A stretch of 59,125 bases of DNA, counting the filler, from Catajapyx aquilonaris (Eukaryota): NCBI GenBank assembly GCA_000934665.2. It is 4 parts of 4 records of this genome, joined end to end, with 100 filler letters (N's around TTAATTAATTAA, not from the genome) between each part and the next. Parts side by side here need not be neighbours in the genome. Positions count along the whole stretch, not along the records: positions 1 to 14,712 come from JYFJ02007707.1; positions 14,813 to 29,518 come from JYFJ02007708.1; 2 more parts are not named here. The stretch is one strand, 5' to 3'. This document shows positions 13,931 to 26,109 of the stretch, piece by piece; the first letter of the stretch is position 1; each line of letters begins with the position of its first letter. The notes beneath the pieces were generated by a model. The model was not told the DNA's origin. It saw only the letters and a list, made by a program, of their open reading frames with translations, and did no database searches. Made by a program: the position numbers and the translations under genes.

Positions 13931-14301
13931 AGGAAGTGAAGGTCCGATTGCTCTACAATGCGTGGTTATCGCTCACAAGGCCTCCAAAGTTGGCGCCAAA
14001 TCATGACATCACGTCCGCCTGTGAAATTCAAACACTCCCTGCATCGCTACTGTATGCGGTGCATTACCAGGTGTTGCCATGCTGCAGTCCCCTGCATTCC
14101 CGCACGTTTATAAGGTTCAATATTGTTGGGTGGGAATGTGGGGCACAGCAGAATGGCAACACCTGGCAATGCAGCACATACAGTAGTGATACGGTAGTGT
14201 TTGAATTTCGCGGGCGGATGTGACGTCATGATTAGCTCCAACCTTCAGAGGCCTCATGAACGATAACCATGCATCATAGCGCTATCGGACCTTCACTTCC
14301 T
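13931..14301. mobile_element. Foldback MITE
   Basis: TATA|AGGAAGTGAAGGTCCGAT ... ATCGGACCTTCACTTCCT|TATA with ~165-bp imperfect arms. Confidence 0.85.
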
Positions 14302-14305
14302 TATA

Positions 14306-14712
14306 CAGGGTGTCCCTAAATGATTGTCAACATTTGAAAGTTGCTTAATTTCTATTAGATGCGGTGTGCAATGACAAGACATACATAGAACGAAAGACCA
14401 CATTTGGGAGTTTTTATTGCACACAGAAAAGTTGGTTCCGCACTTTGCCACGAGGCACACAGGGCCATTCCACAAAATTGTGTCTCCCGAACAGAAAACG
14501 TTCCGTGTCCTGCAGTTTGCAAAGCTTGGTTCGGTAGTTACTGTTCAGCAGGCCTTCTGGCGACAGTACAGATGACGTTACTCCCCTCCCTACAATAATT
14601 CAACGGTGGTTCCAAAAGTTTCAGACGACAGGATGCCTTTGCAAGGGCAAGGTTCGGCTTATCGGACATGCCGGTCAGCAAGATCTGGTTTTTCTCCAGT
14701 GGCTGCCAAGGT
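14306..14712 (+). mobile_element. Tc1-superfamily (DUF4817-type) 5' fragment, truncated by the contig end
   Basis: TA|CAGGGTGTCCC terminus; relic IQRWFQKFQTTGCLCKGK ... QWLPR. Confidence 0.7.
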
Positions 14713-14812
14713 NNNNNNNNNNNNNNNNNNNNNNNNNNNNNNNNNNNNNNNNNNNNTTAATTAATTAANNNNNNNNNNNNNNNNNNNNNNNNNNNNNNNN
14801 NNNNNNNNNNNN
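14713..14812. other. Artificial contig spacer
   Basis: N44-TTAATTAATTAA-N44. Confidence 0.99.
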
Positions 14813-16413
14813 TTGGTCCCTCACCCTTAGCCGAACTCTGTGTGTATCCAATGTGCTTCTGCCAATGCTGCTATGTTTTTAGGCCCATCTTAAAGTCGGT
14901 GGGGTGTTGAGAATGTGGAGGTCCTAACGTTAGAAAGTGAAAAAACAAACAAATGCAAAAAAGATTGAAAACTGCGTGACACATATACCTACGCAGTCCA
15001 CATTATGCCACACCTTATACACGAAATACCATTATACACATTATACCACACCTTATACCTTTATGCCACACCTTAAACACGTTAAACCACATCCCATAAC
15101 GACTTTTGAAAATACTTTGAGAATGTGGAGGCCCAAATTTTACAAAGAGGGAAAAAACAAATAAAAGCAAAACGATTGAAAACTACATGACAGAGAATGT
15201 AAGACAGTTCGGAACAGGAGAATTAAGAAAAAAAGCACATGACATAGTATACGTAGAGGAAAAGGTATGGCAGAAAAAGTACGCCAAGAAAATTCAGACA
15301 GGCTGCCTGAACAAACAACCCAAAACCGCTATTGTTACATACAGCGCATTATTTTGTATACCACCAAGTCAAACCCTGGGTCTGCCCCGGGGCCGTAGCC
15401 GGACCATGCCACCGTGTCTATAGGATAAACATGGAATAAGATACCAGGATAGCAAGATATGGAACTCTTTGAATATAATGAACAAAACGTGATCATCACC
15501 CAATTACACCAGTAGTCTCGTAACCAAGGCAACAGTGTGTAATAATGAATTCTAAATTGGAACAATAAAGTATGCAACCAATGTGAGTGAAAAAAACACT
15601 GACCAAAGTACAGCCACCACGTAGAAATGTAATGACACTGAGGGGCTGAGAGGAGGAGGTGGCAGGGGGGAGGGAGAGAGAGAGGGAGGGAGGGAGAGAG
15701 AGGAGGGAAGGACATGGTTTCCAGGGCAACTCAACAGCATTATTAGAACACAGGGGGCCAACGTCCAAAGTTATTTTCGCCTCCTGTGGCCAAGGAAGAC
15801 CTCGGAGGTCAATTCCAATGTGCCTATGTTACTCCCGGTAAAAAACTACCCCTGGTGATACCCCTGGGGCATATGTGGAGGCCTCCGTATGGATCTGTTT
15901 AGGTCACAGACAGACAGACAGACATAGGTCTTAAAATATGTATCAGATTATATATAATATATTATATTATATATTATATTATTATATGTGAATTATTATA
16001 ATGTGAAACATTTAACCTTCCAACCACTCAGCTAATCTATGAACCAATTTTGTTTATTTTTATCGTTTATTCTTATTATCATATTATTATTTTTTATTAT
16101 TATATTATTATTATAAGCACCCAAATTGCACAACTATACCTTGATGAACAAAGACGCTTTGATCATCACCATTATACAAATCTAATTATTGTGTAAAATG
16201 CGGAAGTAAGATCTCTGGGTTACATTTATCCATAAGGTTGAAGATCTTACGCAGCCCAGTCTTGTTTCAGTAATTTCTTTCCATTACTTGGATCTTAGGG
16301 CTACTTTCCTTTTTTTTTTACAATTCCGTAGGGAATTAGTTTTTGTGATAATTGCAGCTATTTTTTGGCAAAGCAACCTGAACATGCAGTTATACTCATA
16401 GGATGGTATAGAG

Positions 16414-16733
16414 CAGAGGTTCCCAAACTTTTTGAGTCGCGGAGCACTTTTCAGCAGAGATATTCGTGACGGAGCACTAACGTCATCGACGGCGTAAGCA
16501 TAAAAAAAATTCTGAGGGGGGGGGCGCCAAATTAGTAAATGGGAAGGCGAGGGACAAAAGGGCGCCGCAGGCGAAAAAATTTGTGTTCAAGGTCACGCCA
16601 GCTACTGAGAGATTTGAATGGGCATATGGCTTATTGAAGAATTCCTTTTCTCCCCGCCCTCTTCGTGGAGCACTTGGAGAAGCTTCGTGGAGCGCCAAGT
16701 GCTCCGAGGAGCACAGTTTGGGGAACCGCTCTG
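16414..16733. mobile_element. hAT-type MITE
   Basis: CAGAGGTTCCCAAACT ... AGTTTGGGGAACCGCTCTG with a perfect TSD GTATAGAG. Confidence 0.88.
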
Positions 16734-18132
16734 GTATAGAGAGAGGAGCGGATATACTTACATCTTGGGCGGGGAGAAGATTTTCTTGGTCGGTTTTATT
16801 AAGGTTCGTACACAGTTGAGAGGAGAGTGGAGATAGAGTTTATGGAGATGTTGAGGTGGCAGGCAGGATTGTCAGGAAGTGTTGAGAGTCTCAACGACTT
16901 TTGTCATATAAGTTCTGGACCTAGAAAAGGCATGGTGGGAATTGTCCTGGTACGGAGAGAGGAGCGGATCATTACCTCTTGGGCGTCGGAAAGATTTTTT
17001 TTGGAAGGCGTTAAGGTTCGTACACAGTTGAGAGGAGAGAGATGATTTCTGACTATTAGTTTTATCTTGTGAAAGATGGCTGCTTATAGTTGGTTGCTTG
17101 GTTAATTTCTTTCCGACCAAATTTCATTATCACAAGTCCCTTCTTCATGACATCTGTCTAAGTTCTCAAATGTATAAGGTGGTTAGAAGTGATTATTCGC
17201 TACCCGGCTGTACCCAGGACCCACCACGTGGAGGTTGTCGCATTGTTCGGGTCCTATACCCATGCTCACTCAATCACTTTCCCATGTGGACACAAGTCTC
17301 CTCAAAATACTACTCTAGTATTGCAGGGACAAGAAATAAGATCATGGCCTCTCTCACCATCCTGGTACATGATGGTTTCAGTTTAGTTAAGTGGTTGAAG
17401 GGTGCAGGAGGACTGATGACACGAAGATCGAATGGAATTCATACGAACATGATAGAGTTATCGTATCTAAAACAAATTCAATAATATTTGGCAACAACAG
17501 TCATAATCGAGTCACTCAACTGTTGACGCCTAAGGAGAATACCGTGGAAACTGAATGAAATATATAACAAGTTGAATGAATGGAATGTTTATTTAATAAT
17601 AATGTAATGAAAATAAGGTAAAGCATATATTTATTTAAGCAGTTAGCGTACGTAATTCCGCATAAGGTGTAGAGATGATATTTACACAAAATAATATTCT
17701 AAATCATGTGTGACTATTGTCACACGTGGATTCCAATTGCACGCATTGCTGCTCATAATGAATTATTCACTTATAATTTTATTTCGGGGTTCCATTACGT
17801 CCCTGGGTCTTTTGTGTAGGGGATCGGGCACTGCAGCACGTCGGGCCGGATACGTGTTCAAAATATGAAGGCTGTACTTGCAACGGGTTTTGAGATATGC
17901 TTGACAGAAAAACGTCCTCTGAACAACAAGAGCAAGAAAAATTTTCATTGTTGTTTATGCACGAGGATCTTACTTATACTGCAATACTGCACACAAAGTC
18001 TCTGAAAACAACGACATGAGCCACTCACTGTGTTTTATTGTCCAGGTGCTAAGCGACAAATTAAGCCCAAACTTTACATTTTGTGAAAGTCAACTATGAT
18101 AATTTCGCCTCAGAAATGTATTTTTAGCGCGC

Positions 18133-18133
<1 letters not shown>

Positions 18134-18192
<59 letters not shown>

Positions 18193-18215
18193 GTTATCAT
18201 CATCATCATTATCAT
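18134..18215. repeat. (TTA)n/(TCA)n microsatellite
   Basis: Direct inspection. Confidence 0.95.
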
Positions 18216-18372
18216 TTAATTGGCGAGAAAAAGTGTACCATCCTATTTATATAGTACATCAGACTGGTTTTTACGTGCATTGTTAATGTTGCCACAACTT
18301 GTGTTACATGCGCTGAATACCTTTTAAATAATTTCAGAAGTGTTGAGTTCTACTTATCCAATTCTAGAAAAA

Positions 18373-21092
18373 ATGGCAGCAGAAGTGGTCAGAGAGGAAA
18401 TATCTAAGTTGGAAAAGTAAGTATGACCACAAAGCACAAACTTGTGGTTTGTAAACATTGTGCTAGCTTTGTTATGAGCAGTAATCTTGACAACATCCAT
18501 TACCGTACATCTAATCTTACAGAAGCAGTCATCTGGTGAAAAATCCCATGATGGAAGAACGAATCAAGTTTTTGTCGCTATTTCCTGAAGTGGTCCGGGA
18601 TCTCACCAAATTCATAGCTCTACCGGAAGCCGAAGAGGCAGCCAAATGGTTTGAAGAAGTGCTGCTCTACAACTCAGTTGGAGGCAAGCTCACCAGAGCA
18701 CTCACATTCATTAAGGCTTGCAAACTCCTGAAGGAGGGCCACTTCAGCCCAAAAGATCTGACGCTCATGTACATCATGGGATGGTGCATGGAACTGGTAC
18801 GCATTTTATGTCATTGTAGCCATTAGTCACACGTATAGTAAGCACTAAATATGAAGATCTGATCAGCATGATCAATTCATTTCGCTCATTTCCTTGCTCG
18901 TTTAAAAGTTGCAGGCGTGCATATTGGTAGCAGATGACATAATGGACAACTCCGAGACACGTCGAGGCCGATTGTGTTGGTACAGGCAGAGCCATGTGGG
19001 ATGCAATGCTGTCAACGATGCTTTCTTGCTAGAGTCTGCAGTGTATGCCCTTTTAAAGAAGTACCACAAGGGGCAGCCGCACTATGTCGACTGCATGGAA
19101 ACACTGCAACGGGTAAATTATAATTGCAGGTTTTGGTGAAAGGACAAATGTGTAGGTGGAACAGTGCGCATACGGTGATGCTGTGATTTGTGACCTATGC
19201 GAGGACCAATCAAAACAAATTCAGACTTATTTTTTATGTGATAAAGAGAATTAGTTCATTACTCTCCAGGTGAATGGCATCGTGTCCAGAATAGATTGAA
19301 GTATTAGAACACCAATAGTTCTTGTCTTGGTTCTTGTTCGAATATTCCACGATCCCGCAGGCGACTGTGACAACGGAAGTAGACCTAACGTCCATATTTG
19401 CCTCCGCTCTGCCTCAGCGTCGAGGTTTCGCTGCCATTTGAAGACAACAGCGACGGAGGCGTATGGCATGCTAAGAGATGGTGACGATGCGTCCCACAAC
19501 ATTCCGATGGTACAAGGCATTCAGCAAGAGTGCTAGCCCCATAGGCAAGTATTTTGAGCTTCGGTACCCGTGTCCGGAAATGCCCCCGTACGGGGGTACG
19601 GCCGTTTCCACCTTTAGTATGTTGCGCCTGGTGGATAGGCAACCCATCGTACTCGAGGCTTGCGTTCATCAGGCGTTCATCAGGTTTCGCACTTGACACT
19701 CGCAATGGACACGGGCACCGAAGCTCACAATACTTGCCTAACGGGCCTATACACACCCTGTGATTTTTGCCAGAGTTACCGTGACCTCCCTGTATATGTT
19801 TATTGGGTTTTGACCACTTCCACGAACCGAAAAAAAATCTCCAAAAAAGGCCTCATTTTCAGCCATATCCAGATTTTTGCGATTTTTTCCCTCATCATGG
19901 TATTGAGCAATAGCATGTCTGAAACTTTAGTAGCAGCATTAAGGAATAGGTGAGTACATCTGGGATTATTTTCACCAAGATCCGAGATGGTCTAGCAACA
20001 TTTAGGCCCACTTGATTCGGAAAGACCCCTAGTAAACCGTCCAAAGATTTAAAACGATATATCTCAGAAACTGTAGGCTACATGATAGAGCAAATCTGTT
20101 GCCGAATTCGGATTCGGCACCCCAAATCCCATAAAAAGCACATAAAAGTTTTCAAAAGAGCGAAATATATATGTATATATATATCGCTCTTTTGAAAACT
20201 TTCAAAAGTTACGGACCTCCATTCAAAGGCATGACAGCGAAAAATGATTGAAAAATCTCTACTTACACACCCTGTAGGTATGCAACCACGCAACGCAGAG
20301 GGATAATAATTTGGCTTCCTGCAGAGGTCGATGAGTAGTACATGTCACTAAATTTGGGTCAAGGTCCTCAAAGATTTGTCGGAAGGTGGTCCGCTTGACG
20401 TGGAATGCCTCATATATATCGTATGCAGAACAGTGAATTAACACTTCATCCTAATCTGCGTGGCAGCCATATCTTAGTCCTATTACACGCACCAAGACAT
20501 CCTATGACAATCGGGCCTTGAATACCAAGTTGAGTTGCCTTGTCATTTGTATTCTGGGGATAATGATACACTCAACCCTGACAAATACATAGTATGGTAC
20601 GTCCTCCTGGTTTTTGAGACTTTATGTACAGAAGAAAATCATATTGTTCACGTTGGAGACAAGATACTGGATCTCACGTTTGGCCTTTCTTTTGATGAAC
20701 TACTACAAGAAAGATTCGTCACACTGTATGTTAACATTGACTCTGTCCATAGGCATGTCAGCTGAATGTTACGCAGTTTACAATCGTATATGCCTACTTA
20801 CAGTCAGTTTTTAAAAATTAGCCTAATCAGTTTTTCTCTTTTCCATAAGGAATGCTATGGATCCAGTAATTTGGATGATGTGGAGAAAGTGAAGCACATC
20901 TATCAAGAATTGGACATGCCACACCTTTACTCAAAATACGTCAAAGAGTTGCATGCCTCTTTGAATGAAGCTATTGACACCTTACCATCCAAGAAACTGC
21001 AAGGATTGTGCAAAAGTATTATAAATGACGTGTACATCAGAAATACTGATTATGCTAAGAACGCTGTTGCAAATCAAAACACTAAGAATTAA
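18373..21092 (+). CDS. Farnesyl diphosphate synthase-like trans-prenyltransferase; exons 18373-18416, 18523-18796, 18909-19112, 20850-21092; central KT/SARM exons not visible (possible pseudogene)
   Basis: Motifs [46 protein letters not shown] and [20 protein letters not shown] sites have compatible phases, giving a 254-aa spliced product. Confidence 0.88.
19198..19530 (+). mobile_element. mariner 5' relic in the FPPS-like intron
   Basis: [16 protein letters not shown] plus [10 protein letters not shown], the frameshifted N-terminal HTH of a mariner transposase. Confidence 0.7.
20445..20540 (-). mobile_element. Possible C-terminal relic of a REL-endonuclease non-LTR retrotransposon
   Basis: [13 protein letters not shown] resembles the PIVIGALG motif. 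Confidence 0.35.
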
Positions 21093-21230
21093 CCTCCTGA
21101 AGCCCAAATTTTTTTAAAAAATTTTTTAATTTAAAAAAAAAATCTAAAATTTTTGTTAAAAGATTTTTTTCTATTTTTTTTTTATTTTAAACCCCAATGG
21201 CTAGAGGGCTGTACGCTGGGCGTCAGGAGG
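21093..21230. mobile_element. piggyBac-type MITE
   Basis: TTAA|CCTCCTGA ... TCAGGAGG|TTAA. Confidence 0.85.
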
Positions 21231-21949
21231 TTAAAGCGTACCTGTCCATTATCATGGAATTGGGATAGGCCTACGTACTGTAATGTGTAACTCACTAGCA
21301 ATGCAATGGAATAATAATTATCTCTGCACACTGTTCTTTTTCATTTGACTCAAAAATGAAGACGTACGAGTATTCTTTAATAACTACTGTGCAATATAGC
21401 GTATAATATGAAAACCTGCTTCCATGTGGTGGTACAACAATGAAGGGAAACTGTACAGGAGAGAAAGTTTTTGCCTCCATCTCTCAGGAAATGCACGTAA
21501 AAATAATGTCAGGAACACAAATTGACAAGAAACAAGTAGTGATTTACGAGTAGCCTATTATGTCTTGCATTATTTTATTGTATTCTACAGACAGAGATCT
21601 AATAACAATTTGGAGGTTTTCCTGCCACATAAGATATTTAGTTTTCCTTCGTTATTAGGACATTTGATATGGTGTTATATGAATTTCAAGGCATATGATA
21701 AGAGGTAGTTGATATTATGAAATATATTCATGCAGCACATTTTATAACTTGTTGTATATATGGCAAGACTGCTGCAGTATCTCTATTATAAATTCTGCTT
21801 TTTGATGAACGTGGCCCATTTTCTAGTTAAACAATTGTAAGCCCTATGATTGAGAAAATAATATATGTTTATCTCAATGAACCTTTCGTAGGATACTGCA
21901 ACAATTCTTGGTATTGTAGGAAAAAGGTCAGGGATAGGATCGCACAAAA

Positions 21950-22184
21950 TTCGAGTGAAGGTAAGTCACTCAAATTTGAGGTCTTGAGAATACTCAAACT
22001 GAGAAGAATTTATACTCAAATAGAGTCACATAGTGCTCAAACTGATTCAAGTAATGCTCACATTTTGAGCGACATAAAAGTGCTCAAGTACACGACTCAA
22101 ATTGATTTCTTCCAATTTTAAGGTGAAGGTTGAGTGAAAAATCACTCAAATTGGGCTAAAAACCACTCAAAGAAATTTACAGAG
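21950..22184. mobile_element. Probable CACTA/EnSpm-type subterminal repeat array
   Basis: Many CTCAAA/TTGAG repeats in both orientations, ending AATTTACAGAG. Confidence 0.45.
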
Positions 22185-22400
22185 ATATACATGTAATTTG
22201 CAGGATTTACTTCAATAATTCTTAGCAGCAAAAAAAAACAACGCATAAATATGCCAAAACCATTAACTAAATGTTCATATTATTTACACAACCAAATAAC
22301 TGTTCATTAGTAGCCCTGCGCCTCTTTTCCCTATCAAAGACCACAATGGTACTGTTCAAGATAATTTTAATAAAAAATTAATCAAATTATAAGTAACATA

Positions 22401-22747
22401 ATTTATTTATTATTTTTTCATTACCCCACGGGGGGAGTTATACTACTCCTTAGGGGGGGTGGGTTGCCACCTTTGGAATTTGTTTTTGGAGCGAGTTTAA
22501 GAAGAATCTTAATTAGTATGCTCCAAGGGTGGGTGGGAGGGGATGTGCAAAGTGCAAGTGCAATGTCTCTAATCGTCATTTTGTGAACTCCCCCGGGTGG
22601 CTTAGTCTGCCGCAAATTGCCACCCGAAACGAAGCCAGAGATGGCCCAACTCTGCACGAAAGAAGGTGGGAACCCCGGGTGGGGATTGAACCCGGGACCT
22701 TAACTTCCGTGGGCGCGCGCGTTACCGTGGCGCCACTCCGTCTCCCC
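22401..22747 (-). mobile_element. SINE family B, copy 2
   Basis: Near-identical reverse complement of 6568-6920; TSD TATAAGTAACATAA. Confidence 0.92.
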
Positions 22748-23097
22748 AATATAAGTAACATAAATGTGACAATACCCAACTGGATCATAAATGAATGGAA
22801 GTGGGAACATCCTTATTAAACACTTATTAAAGACTTATTATATGTTCAGATCATTTATGTAACCAAATAACTCTTCATGGGTAGCCCTGGGCCTCTTTTC
22901 CATATCATAAATCCCACAACAGTACTGTTCAAGGAACTCGAAAAAAATAATCAAGTTTTCATCATAGTTTATGTTGAAGATGTGGTGCACTTTGATTAAT
23001 AGTCCAATGGCCTCAGAAAGGATGTTCCCACCTCCATTAATTTATGAGCCAGGACCAAAAAGTATTTATGTGGGTTTTTAGTTGATCCACATTATGT

Positions 23098-23451
23098 GGG
23101 GAGGTGGTGTGGTGGCTGAGATGGTTACGTCTCAGCTTGCTGAGTGAAAGTCCCCAGGTTCGATCCCCGCCTGGGGAACTTCCTTTCACCTGCGTCGGGA
23201 GTGTCTCTGACATGCACCTTGGAGGTGTTTGGCAACCTAACCTCCTGGGGGACTGCACATGGCCCAAAGGTTTCATGAAATTGCACCTGCACGTGTCCCC
23301 TCCCCAACAATCCCTATCGTTTTCCAATGTCCGTTTCCCTGCACCGGAGAATGAAGAAAAAGTTGTAAAAACACTAGAAAACTGATGGTGGTCTGCCACT
23401 CCCCTAAAACGGCTTACGGCTGTATCGCGGGGTAATCTTTTTTTAAAAAAA
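23098..23451 (+). mobile_element. SINE family A, copy 2
   Basis: Same head and body as 4985; TSD GATCCACATT. Confidence 0.88.
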
Positions 23452-23460
23452 GATCCACAT

Positions 23461-24100
23461 TTATGAGAATGTATGGCTGAAGCAGCCCATCACTCTTTTT
23501 CCGGCTGCCACCTCTTCAATATTTTCACCCACCTGAAAAACAATAATCCGCATTAGACCTTTACTATAGGCCTACATATTCAATAATACATGGATGATGG
23601 CATGAATTATAGACATTTTAAATCAAATTTTGCCAAATGAAAAAGTCATTGATATTAGAGAGCCTTATTGATATGCTAAGGATAATATTTTGTTCAATCA
23701 TGCTGTATTTCTGGAAAAAATATGCCACTTGAACATTTTATGCTTCCTTGCGTTTGTTACTTACCGGAACATATTCACTAGCGCTGTCGGGGAGACGGAG
23801 TGGTGCTGCGGTAACGTATGCGCCCACGGATGTTAAGGTCCCGGGTTTGATCCCAGCCCTCATCTAGTGCAGAGTTGGGTCGTCTCTGGCTTCGTCTCGG
23901 GTAGCATAATTTCCGAAAGACTAAGCCACCCGGGGGAGTTCACAGAATGTACCACATGAGACATTGCACTTGCCCTTTGCACATCCCCTCCTGTAATCCT
24001 GCCCGTGGGCCCGGGCGTTTTAATTAGTAGGTTCCAATGTATAATAGTACAATAAAGGTTCCGTGTGATATACCCCCACCGGGGGTGAAAGCACTTACCC

Positions 24101-24185
<85 letters not shown>

Positions 24186-25213
24186 GGCCTATTATTATTT
24201 CACTAGCGTTGTCCTTTTGACAGGCTTGCTTGACCTTCCCTTCCCTTTTCTTTTCCTTTACTTGTTTTCAAAAGCTCTAGCAGCAAAACAACTGCTTGCA
24301 TGCCTCCTCCGACCTGCTGATAAAAACCATACATGCATATAGCCAGATATGTAACTTCTGAATGCATATAATAAAAGGTAATGAAATATACCTTCAAGGA
24401 TGTCACACACTTCCAACATTTGTGACCAAGCCGCCACACATTAGCTCATTTCATTTTCTGCACATATTGTGCAATTTTCTTTGCGTGCAAGGAAATGCTT
24501 GTTACAAGATTGCTGTTTGCTTTGGCTCGATTGAGCCTGCTGAATTCCACATCAATCTGCAAGAGACATATCTACAACATGCTGCACAATATGTAAAACT
24601 ATGTCATAAATTAGTGCATACCAAATAAAGATCGTTTGTAATCCAAGAACCTGGGATATTTTTCTAAAATATCTGTAATAGTTAAGGCTTTCTGCACTAT
24701 TTCCTTTTGCCTGCTGGCATGCGTTGATTCCGTGTACTTTGTCATTTGTTCCATGTTAGACACGATTGGAGGAGAATACTTCATCCAGTTGACCTTTAAT
24801 GGTGAAAGTTAACAATAGTCACAACTCGCATAGTGCACTAAAAAGATGACGAAATTTCATGATAGGCTCGTATTTGGTGGTTGATAAGGTCACTTGAGCT
24901 CGAGTGGCGGCAAGCGAAACGTTTTTTTTTTTTTTAATTTTCCTGAACAGGTGGAAAACGTGCATATAGATATCGTTTTGCCATGCGGTGCGGGGGGAGA
25001 AATGCCAGTCACTGCATACTGTATGAGTTACACCAGGCTGATATTAGGGTCAATAATATGGGCCGTCAAAAGCGGTCAAAAGCGTCCAAGCTGGCGTGCA
25101 ATCTGCCCTATATGATAATGCCCATTACAAACATCATTTCAAATTCATGCAACTCACCTTCTCGTTTTTGCAACACGTCATTCGGGATATCCCGGTCCTG
25201 CTCGTACCTCAAC
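23461..25213 (-). pseudogene. Decayed multi-exon SAMD3-like gene (type associated with animal CACTA/EnSpm elements)
   Basis: Splice-bounded pieces read MTKYTESTHASRQKEIVQKALTITDILEKYPRFLD / IDVEFSRL / AVVLLLELLKTSKGK / VGENIEE. It has a stop, phase mismatches and a SINE inside an exon. Confidence 0.55.
23789..24198 (+). mobile_element. SINE family B, diverged copy with a (GAT)n(TAT)n tail
   Basis: Head similar to 6568; TSD TTCACTAGCG(C/T)TGTC. Confidence 0.85.
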
Positions 25214-25568
25214 TGTAAGTGACTGCAGGCCGGATCACGAAATATGATGGATGATGCTACAGCCCGCAATAGCCAACAGGGGCAGTGGTCGAGAATGACG
25301 CAACACTAGTGACAAAGTATTAACGCGCTTGCACGGAATATCTGGTGCTAACAGCTACTTTTTAGGCTACCTAATAATATTGCATGATCACCTGACAAAC
25401 GTCTCGGGAGAGCACGGGACCCCCGACACCTCGCCTGCGCAGGCAGGGTAGCTCAGCCCTGTGTAGCTGCTACTCAGCAGCCGCTACAGCTATTGCGCTA
25501 TTCTGCGACTCGGTATCATGAAGCGTGACCAGCCCACGGACACTTATACTACATTCTGGCGTTATCAG

Positions 25569-25860
25569 CTGCCGAGGCATTTTGCAGCGGGTGCTCGCCG
25601 GAGAGCGCCAGGAGTCATATCGGAGGCCACGATAAGTAGCGACCCTACCGGACTATAGGCTGAACTTTATAGGTAAGAAAGGGGAGGGCTACATACTGGC
25701 CCAACATGGCCGCCGGCGGCCATGTTGGGCCCCCCAATGTAGCCCTCCCCTTCGTATCTATAAAGTTCAGCCTATAGTCCGGTAGAGTCGCCACTTATCG
25801 TGGCCTCGAAATGTCTCATGGCGCTCTCAGGTGAGCGCCCGATGCAAAATGCCCCGGCAG
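25569..25860. repeat. ~290-bp GC-rich loopless imperfect palindrome
   Basis: Centre CCCAACATGGCCGCC|GGCGGCCATGTTGGG; arms pair out to CTGCCG ... CGGCAG. Confidence 0.92.
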
Positions 25861-26037
25861 GGGGCGGGTGGGAGTGACCAGACCTTACTTATATGACCGT
25901 GAGCGTGACTGACAATACTTCCTGCAGGGTACTGTACGGTACTAAATAAATTCCTGGATGAAAATAAGGAGGAAAGGAGTGAAAAAAAAGACTCAGAAGA
26001 AAAGACGACGAAAAAAAAGAGGGAGGGGAAAAAAATA

Positions 26038-26109
26038 AGCCTCAGCCGGACGCGAACCTGCAGCCTTCTGACCTATAGGCCAGCGCGCTACCAATGCGCC
26101 GGAGCAGCC
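26038..26109 (-). pseudogene. tRNA-like sequence (degenerate)
   Basis: GGCGCATTGGTAGCGCG D-arm and GGTTCG T-loop; acceptor stem and anticodon loop are defective. Confidence 0.6.

Noticed and set aside
16739..17040. ~85-bp direct repeat pair as a gene or regulatory unit
   Set aside because: Probably retroelement 3' debris; no diagnostic motif.
19130..19185. VLVKGQM as the missing FPPS GQxxD exon
   Set aside because: It would need a 17-nt intron, lacks the Asp and hits a stop.
26038..26109. Functional tRNA gene
   Set aside because: The acceptor stem does not pair and the anticodon loop is the wrong size. Other tRNA-like heads (4985, 6568, 32215) continue into SINE bodies.
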